DNA of 64,000 nt from the NCBI RefSeq assembly GCF_033153115.1, contig NW_026889801.1, positions 6,200,001-6,264,000 of the forward strand. Direction: 5' to 3'. The position numbers and the translations under genes were made by a program. Shown here piece after piece: positions 56,201-64,000 of this stretch (positions are counted from its first letter, which is position 1; the number at the start of each line of letters is the position of its first letter). Below the pieces are notes generated by a model, which was given only the letters and a program-made list of their open reading frames with translations, ran no database searches and was not told the DNA's origin. Source of the DNA: Saccostrea echinata. Taxonomy: Eukaryota.

Positions 56201-58725
56201 TGAATGATATATCAAGTGATAGATAGATAGATGTCATAATTTTGTGTTTGTGACGTTAGGATAAACTGATATTCCTTAAGACGGGATCAGAGAAAGCGTT
56301 ATAAAATTTAAAAAAAGGTATAAAATTCAGCCATTGAAATTTTAGACACAAAAGTTTTGAGATCTTACATTTATCTATGGTTAGTTTCTTAATAAATTCC
56401 TAGTATCTGTTAGTTTTTGTAGTACTTAAAAACAGGAATTTTTTTTTAAAAAAATTTGAGATTACTCCTCTGGAAACCATGCAGACGATAGGATTTTATG
56501 TTTTCTTAAATTTAATGCACAGTATAGTATTACTTATTACATACAATTTGAGCAAAAAGTCTATTGTAGTCTAACTATAATTTGTTTTGAAGTGCGAAAA
56601 ACACCTAAAATACCGAGATGGTAGATTTTCCTGAAACTTTGTATATAAACTGAGGTCAATATATACTAGACATTGTATATTTTTTTTAAAAAGTCGACTC
56701 TCTTAAAGCATCGAACATGAAAGCTAACATTCAATTTTGATTTTACATGACTTTTTTTCAGGCGAATGGAATCAATATGACGGGTGCATTTATGCCGCTA
56801 AAAGGGGGATATTATTCAGTATCAGAGAAATGGTTACTGGAAATTTTCAGGATGTAATGCTGAACGACGGCAAATATATTCTGCACAGATATTTGCAAAA
56901 TGTTACCGAGTGTCTTAAAGCAGGAAAGCAGCTGAATGAATTGCAAAATATATTCAGAAGTGTAAATCATGGTGGAATAAAAGATCAATTTTTGAAAAAT
57001 CCCAAAACGCCGGACGTTAGTCTTTTCAAACAGGTATCATTTTCTGTCATTTTGACCACGTTGTTTTTATAGATACATGTAAGTTATTGCCTTTCAAAAT
57101 CTTAAAATCGCAGGAAGCAAAGACCGCGTATTTTTTAATCGTACTCTCAAAGTTATACATGTAGATTGCAGCAATGTAGTATACCCATTTGATTTTTAAA
57201 GGAATTATGGGATCACCTTAAAATTGTTACCGAGGTACTAGAGGATACAAAAGGAAAAGATATGGGTCTGGCACTCTTAACTTCTATTATGATCATAGAC
57301 CTCATAAAAGATTTGGATATTCCTTTTGAAATAATTGATGATCTCCATGTTAAATCCCTACAAAAGTGTTTAGTGCTGAGACCAGATACTGACCACCAAG
57401 CTTGTGAGCAGCTGGAATACCTTGAGAAACATTTGCCAAATGACTCGAGACAGTAAGGGGTGTAGTTTCATGAATGTGCACTTTTATCATAATTGTTCTC
57501 TCATCTTACAATTGTATGTACTGAAAGTACATTATAATTTAGCAAATGTACATGTAGCAACGTAAAAGCTGAGAGCAGATAAGTTAAGTTTAAATATGAT
57601 ATTTTACAGGAAAGCCAAATCGTCCATCGTGACGTTTTTGAAAAGAACAATGTTTTTGCGAAGTCATGTTGACCCGACCTGGTTAGCTTGCATGCCATTA
57701 GTTCACTTCCTAGAGGGCAACTTGCAGCCATTCGTTCCATTGGATCTACGCCAGTTTGAAATAACTGAAACAAAGCATGACGAATGGTGGTGCTTTTCAG
57801 AATTTGATAAGGAAAAAAACGAAATGAAACGGAATCGTTGGACAATGTAAGTCTTCAGAAAGGATGTCCATCCCTTACATAGGAACAATGACTCTCGAGG
57901 TTGTCACTTATCTTAAGAAGACTCAAAATGAAGCTTAGAAAGCTTGAAATACTTTTTTTTCAACAATTTCCATTTCATGTTTTTTAATATGAATTAAGGG
58001 AATTTGAAGTCTTTGTACCAGTCCTGTAATTTCTTGATTTATGCATTCTAAAGCGGACAGTAATGACATTTTAGAGACAAAAAAAATCGCCTCATTTGCC
58101 ATTGCTTATTAGCATATTTAAATTAAATATAAAGTGATCTGTGATATCTCTCAATGATACATGTGTATCTGTTAATGTATCATCTACAAATTGAAGTTGA
58201 AGTCTTAAATAGCACATAAGTATGAAAAACATGCAAAGTATTTTTGAATGCCTTGATACTCATTAATTTTTTTTATCTGAAATATATTTGTTAAAAGATG
58301 TAAACATGAAAATATATAATTTATTTTTTTCTTCACATTTTCTTCAAACAAATATATATAAGATTTTCAATTTTCTGCTTATGTTATAACTGTAATGATG
58401 AACTCAATAACTTAACTGCTGATTTTAGAATAGAGACAAATGTTTTGTAAAAAAAAAAAAAAGAAGAAAACCTAAGAACGGTGAAAGTTTCAATTTTATT
58501 CATAATTATATCACTATTTTAATACAATGAACATATTTTAGATCTTGTGAAGAGTTTGTCAAAATGCATAGACCTTTATTCCAATTGGACTCCACCTTAC
58601 AGAAGACTTTCATGTCTGCACTAGACATAGCCCAAGTTCCCGAAGTCATACCAATTTCTCAGATTCAGCTTGAAATCAAATTGGCAACTATTGAACATTA
58701 CTTCGAAAATTCCTCTGAAGTACAT
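53201..58725 (+). CDS. RNF213: RNF213-like giant E3 ligase/AAA+ ATPase, N-terminal exons only (probably continues beyond the window)
   Basis: In-frame exons 53201-53360 (Zn ribbon C..C..FKYCPTCG), 53650-54719 (disordered K/E-rich), 54818-54963 (VKVIFHAFLAP...VVFGPPCGDWE), 55383-55581 (LRYAYKL...RLLDIP), 56762-57033 (GEWNQYDGCI), 57202-57452, 57610-57846 (WLACMPLVHFLEG) and 58542-58725 (RPLFQLDSTLQKTFM). The motifs recall the RNF213 CBM20-like domain and N-arm. AAA+ and RING domains are not in the window. A probable non-coding first exon ends at 51876. Confidence 0.68.
54390..54578 (+). repeat. 27-bp coding minisatellite, (I/L)(T/I)GKEG(N/K)E(N/K) x7
   Basis: atcactggaaaagaaggaaaagaaaac-type units inside the large RNF213-like exon. 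Confidence 0.9.
55708..55871. repeat. Long imperfect inverted repeat
   Basis: aatttttgagaattcatga...gaactacaacgcttcacgcctgcatattt pairs with aaatatgcaggcgtgaagtgttgtagttc...tcatgaattctcaaaaatt. Confidence 0.8.
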
Positions 58726-59498
58726 GTAAGTAAACGTGAATGCCACATTATTCTGGATTCATGTAATTAATGTTTTTCATCATCGAATACTAAAATCGGT
58801 ACTCGGTTACTCGGATGTATATTTTTTTCATATTTCAAAGTGCATGTTTTTATTAAAAAATGTGATTTAAATATTTATTGTCCATGCCTATACAGTAATT
58901 AGCGTTACCTACACCAGTTAATACCCGTTATCGCCTTTGGCTGTGTACAGTACATGTGTATAAAGTAATGACCGTGACCAATCACTGGACATCATTCTCA
59001 CCTCTTGTGACCCTAATTTTTGAATGGCTTTAATTATTTGTTTTCAATGAACATCTTTTAATTATGATCTATTAATTATCCTTAGATTAATTAATTAGCA
59101 TACGGTAGCGAAATCGGACATACATAGAAAATATCAGCGTATACGAGGTGAAACAACCATATATTTAAGGAATCGCTGTCTAGTTTGTTGGGTATGCTAG
59201 AGCATCAACGGCAGTTGGAAATTTGGAATAATTTATGCATAACGGGTGAAGTTGTAAATATCGAGAAATCAACATAATTAACTTTCAGAGTTATCAAGAG
59301 AAAACTTGTAAATAACATACATGTACGATTCGCGATCACGACAACGTCCATTCCCAAAAATATTCTCTTTCACTAGTCTGATCATTACAAAGTTGCGTCC
59401 TTCTCTTCCGTTGATCAAATTGTCTTCATAAAAAGAACTGTAAATCATTTGTAATTGTTGGTGTAATAACTGATCATGTCTTTTGTGTTTGCTTGATA

Positions 59499-60826
59499 CA
59501 AAAACTAAGTACCAAAATAAATCGTTTTCGTTGGGCTCGATGTTTATGTACATGTATGCATAATAAACGAAAGAAAACATCGATGGGGTAAACAGGTCTC
59601 AATAACATCAACAGACATTTCATGTATACCGCTTTTTCCGAGTACCCGGGTACTCGATCGGAAAATCGTCCGAGTAACCGATTATCAAATATTGNNNNNN
59701 NNNNNNNNNNNNNNNNNNNNNNNNNNNNNNNNNNNNNNNNNNNNNNNNNNNNNNNNNNNNNNNNNNNNNNNNNNNNNNNNNNNNNNNNNNNNNNNNNNNN
59801 NNNNNNNNNNNNNNNNNNNNNNNNNNNACATCTATCGGGATATAAATACGGGTTGGTCACGTGATCAAATTCCATAGGCTTTATGGTAAATTTGATCTCG
59901 TACCGAACAGTATTTATATCCCTATAGATGTTTAAAAATGATACTTCTTACCTATATTTACATTTGTGACTTATTCATATTTTATATTTGCCTTTTATAA
60001 TTTTTCACGTGTGAAGTATTTTATTTTTCAAACTCAACGGCACGTTTTAAATCCATTGATTGCGCGTCAACCCTTTATGACGTCACTGAGAAATTACGTC
60101 GAACGTTTATGACGTGAGGAACCCGTGTTTATACGGATATAGATACACATTGCTTTCAATAGTGTCATATAAGGGGAAGCATTTGCAAATGTAAATATTC
60201 TCTTATACAAAATTATTGGTGTTCTTTTTCTGATTTAAATCAGGCTTTTATGAATCGTTTTTATTCTTCGTAACATTAATTAAAGAAATATTTACTCCAT
60301 AATTTTTAGATTAAAAAGAAGTTTAGTAACAAATAGACATTTAGTTATATAATTGCTGATCTGTGATTAATTTTTAGGATGACAAGTTATATAAATCTAT
60401 AAAGAAGCACATGTTATTGTATTGTGCTCACAAGTGACTGAAGAAATTACACCGAGTTTCGTATATTATGTTAGGAAATTGGAAAAGACTTATTACCCAA
60501 TTTACAATTTAAAAAAAAAAAACTTTTTAAATGTGAGCTCTCTGTTATTGCGCATTTTGATCAAATGTATTTCGTTTGCATCTAAATAAGAAGAGGGGGC
60601 ATTTTAATTGATAATCTAAAACTAAGTACCAAAATAAATCGTTTTCGTTGGGCTCGATGTTTATGTACATGTATGCATAATAAACGAAAGAAAACATCGA
60701 TGGGGTAAACAGGTCTCAATAACATCAACAGACATTTCATGTATACCGCTTTTTCCGAGTACCCGGGTACTCGATCGGAAAATCGTCCGAGTAACCGATT
60801 ATCAAATATTGACCGATTTGACATCC

Positions 60827-60913
<87 letters not shown>

Positions 60914-63055
60914 AGGAATCATTTTTAAACATCTATCGGGATATAAATACGGGTTGGTCACGTGATCAAATTCCATAGGCTTTATGGTAAATTTGATCTC
61001 GTACCGAACAGTATTTATATCCCTATAGATGTTTAAAAATGATACTTCTTACCTATATTTACATTTGTGACTTATTCATATTTTATATTTGCCTTTTATA
61101 ATTTTTCACGTGTGAAGTATTTTATTTTTCAAACTCAACGGCACGTTTTAAATCCATTGATTGCGCGTCAACCCTTTATGACGTCACTGAGAAATTACGT
61201 CGAACGTTTATGACGTGAGGAACCCGTGTTTATACGGATATAGATACACATTGCTTTCAATAGTGTCATATAAGGGGAAGCATTTGCAAATGTAAATATT
61301 CTCTTATACAAAATTATTGGTGTTCTTTTTCTGATTTAAATCAGGCTTTTATGAATCGTTTTTATTCTTCGTAACATTAATTAAAGAAATATTTACTCCA
61401 TAATTTTTAGATTAAAAAGAAGTTTAGTAACAAATAGACATTTAGTTATATAATTGCTGATCTGTGATTAATTTTTAGGATGACAAGTTATATAAATCTA
61501 TAAAGAAGCACATGTTATTGTATTGTGCTCACAAGTGACTGAAGAAATTACACCGAGTTTCGTATATTATGTTAGGAAATTGGAAAAGACTTATTACCCA
61601 ATTTACAATTTTAAAAAAAAAACTTTTTAAATGTGAGCTCTCTGTTATTGCGCATTTTGATCAAATGTATTTCGTTTGCATCTAAATAAGAAGAGGGGGC
61701 ATTTTAATTGATAATCTAAAACTAAGTACCAAAATAAATCGTTTTCGTTGGGCTCGATGTTTATGTACATGTATGCATAATAAACGAAAGAAAACATCGA
61801 TGGGGTAAACAGGTCTCAATAACATCAACAGACATTTCATGTATACCGCTTTTTCCGAGTACCCGGGTACTCGATCGGAAAATCGTCCGAGTAACCGATT
61901 ATCAAATATTGNNNNNNNNNNNNNNNNNNNNNNNNNNNNNNNNNNNNNNNNNNNNNNNNNNNNNNNNNNNNNNNNNNNNNNNNNNNNNNNNNNNNNNNNN
62001 NNNNNNNNNNNNNNNNNNNNNNNNNNNNNNNNNNNNNNNNNNNNNNNNNNNNNNNNACATCTATCGGGATATAAATACGGGTTGGTCACGTGATCAAATT
62101 CCATAGGCTTTATGGTAAATTTGATCTCGTACCGAACAGTATTTATATCCCTATAGATGTTTAAAAATGATACTTCTTACCTATATTTACATTTGTGACT
62201 TATTCATATTTTATATTTGCCTTTTATAATTTTTCACGTGTGAAGTATTTTATTTTTCAAACTCAACGGCACGTTTTAAATCCATTGATTGCGCGTCAAC
62301 CCTTTATGACGTCACTGAGAAATTACGTCGAACGTTTATGACGTGAGGAACCCGTGTTTATACGGATATAGATACACATTGCTTTCAATAGTGTCATATA
62401 AGGGGAAGCATTTGCAAATGTAAATATTCTCTTATACAAAATTATTGGTGTTCTTTTTCTGATTTAAATCAGGCTTTTATGAATCGTTTTTATTCTTCGT
62501 AACATTAATTAAAGAAATATTTACTCCATAATTTTTAGATTAAAAAGAAGTTTAGTAACAAATAGACATTTAGTTATATAATTGCTGATCTGTGATTAAT
62601 TTTTAGGATGACAAGTTATATAAATCTATAAAGAAGCACATGTTATTGTATTGTGCTCACAAGTGACTGAAGAAATTACACCGAGTTTCGTATATTATGT
62701 TAGGAAATTGGAAAAGACTTATTACCCAATTTACAATTTAAAAAAAAAAAACTTTTTAAATGTGAGCTCTCTGTTATTGCGCATTTTGATCAAATGTATT
62801 TCGTTTGCATCTAAATAAGAAGAGGGGGCATTTTAATTGATAATCTAAAACTAAGTACCAAAATAAATCGTTTTCGTTGGGCTCGATGTTTATGTACATG
62901 TATGCATAATAAACGAAAGAAAACATCGATGGGGTAAACAGGTCTCAATAACATCAACAGACATTTCATGTATACCGCTTTTTCCGAGTACCCGGGTACT
63001 CGATCGGAAAATCGTCCGAGTAACCGATTATCAAATATTGACCGATTTGACATCC

Positions 63056-63150
<95 letters not shown>

Positions 63151-63953
63151 AGGAATCATTTTTAAACATCTATCGGGATATAAATACGGGTTGGTCACGT
63201 GATCAAATTCCATAGGCTTTATGGTAAATTTGATCTCGTACCGAACAGTATTTATATCCCTATAGATGTTTAAAAATGATACTTCTTACCTATATTTACA
63301 TTTGTGACTTATTCATATTTTATATTTGCCTTTTATAATTTTTAACGTGTGAAGTATTTTATTTTTCAAACTCAACGGCACGTTTTAAATCCATTGATTG
63401 CGCGTCAACCCTTTATGACGTCACTGAGAAATTACGTCGAACGTTTATGACGTGAGGAACCCGTGTTTATACGGATATAGATACACATTGCTTTCAATAG
63501 TGTCATATAAGGGGAAGCATTTGCAAATGTAAATATTCTCTTATACAAAATTATTGGTGTTCTTTTTCTGATTTAAATCAGGCTTTTATGAATCGTTTTT
63601 ATTCTTCGTAACATTAATTAAAGAAATATTTACTCCATAATTTTTAGATTAAAAAGAAGTTTAGTAACAAATAGACATTTAGTTATATAATTGCTGATCT
63701 GTGATTAATTTTTAGGATGACAAGTTATATAAATCTATAAAGAAGCACATGTTATTGTATTGTGCTCACAAGTGACTGAAGAAATTACACCGAGTTTCGT
63801 ATATTATGTTAGGAAATTGGAAAAGACTTATTACCCAATTTACAATTTTAAAAAAAAAACTTTTTAAATGTGAGCTCTCTGTTATTGAGCATTTTGATCA
63901 AATGTATTTCGTTTGCATCTAAATAAGAAGAGGGGGCATTTTAATTGATAATC
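59499..63953. repeat. Tandem array of four near-identical ~1.1-kb units, each with a (TA)n tract or gap
   Basis: aaactaagtaccaaaataaatcgttttcgttgggctcg recurs at about 59501, 60619, 61718 and 62848. The units differ only in homopolymer or TA length and a few SNPs. Confidence 0.92.
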
Positions 63954-64000
63954 AAGTTGTACATGAACTAATGTGTAGCAATAAGCACTTTAATTTCAAA

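Overview
AT-rich, intron-containing animal genomic DNA with several N gaps. The repeat families and gene content point to a bivalve, most likely an oyster (inferred from recognised repeat types, not proven). The left half (about 10.9-35.1 kb) looks like an innate-immune receptor cluster. Its centrepiece is a minus-strand gene (20712->15104) whose exons splice in frame into an ~1060-aa type-I membrane protein: signal peptide, 10-Cys ectodomain, S/T stalk, one TM helix, then a cytoplasmic STAND-class (nSTAND3-like) P-loop NTPase with ankyrin repeats. In effect this is a cell-surface receptor fused to an NLR-like module. It lies between two paralogous small EGF-like TM receptors with ITIM/ITSM-like tails, and is followed by a head-to-head C1q-domain gene and pseudogene. 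The right half holds a head-to-head housekeeping pair, ACAT2 thiolase and RPL36A/eL42. The eL42 has Val instead of the conserved Pro56, the known cycloheximide-resistance position. After these comes the 5' part of an RNF213-like gene and a ~1.1-kb tandem array. Intergenic and intronic DNA is full of MITEs, Helentron-like (HINE) satellite-bearing elements, SINEs, Penelope-like and LINE remnants, and palindromes. All gene models were spliced by hand and are unverified by transcripts.
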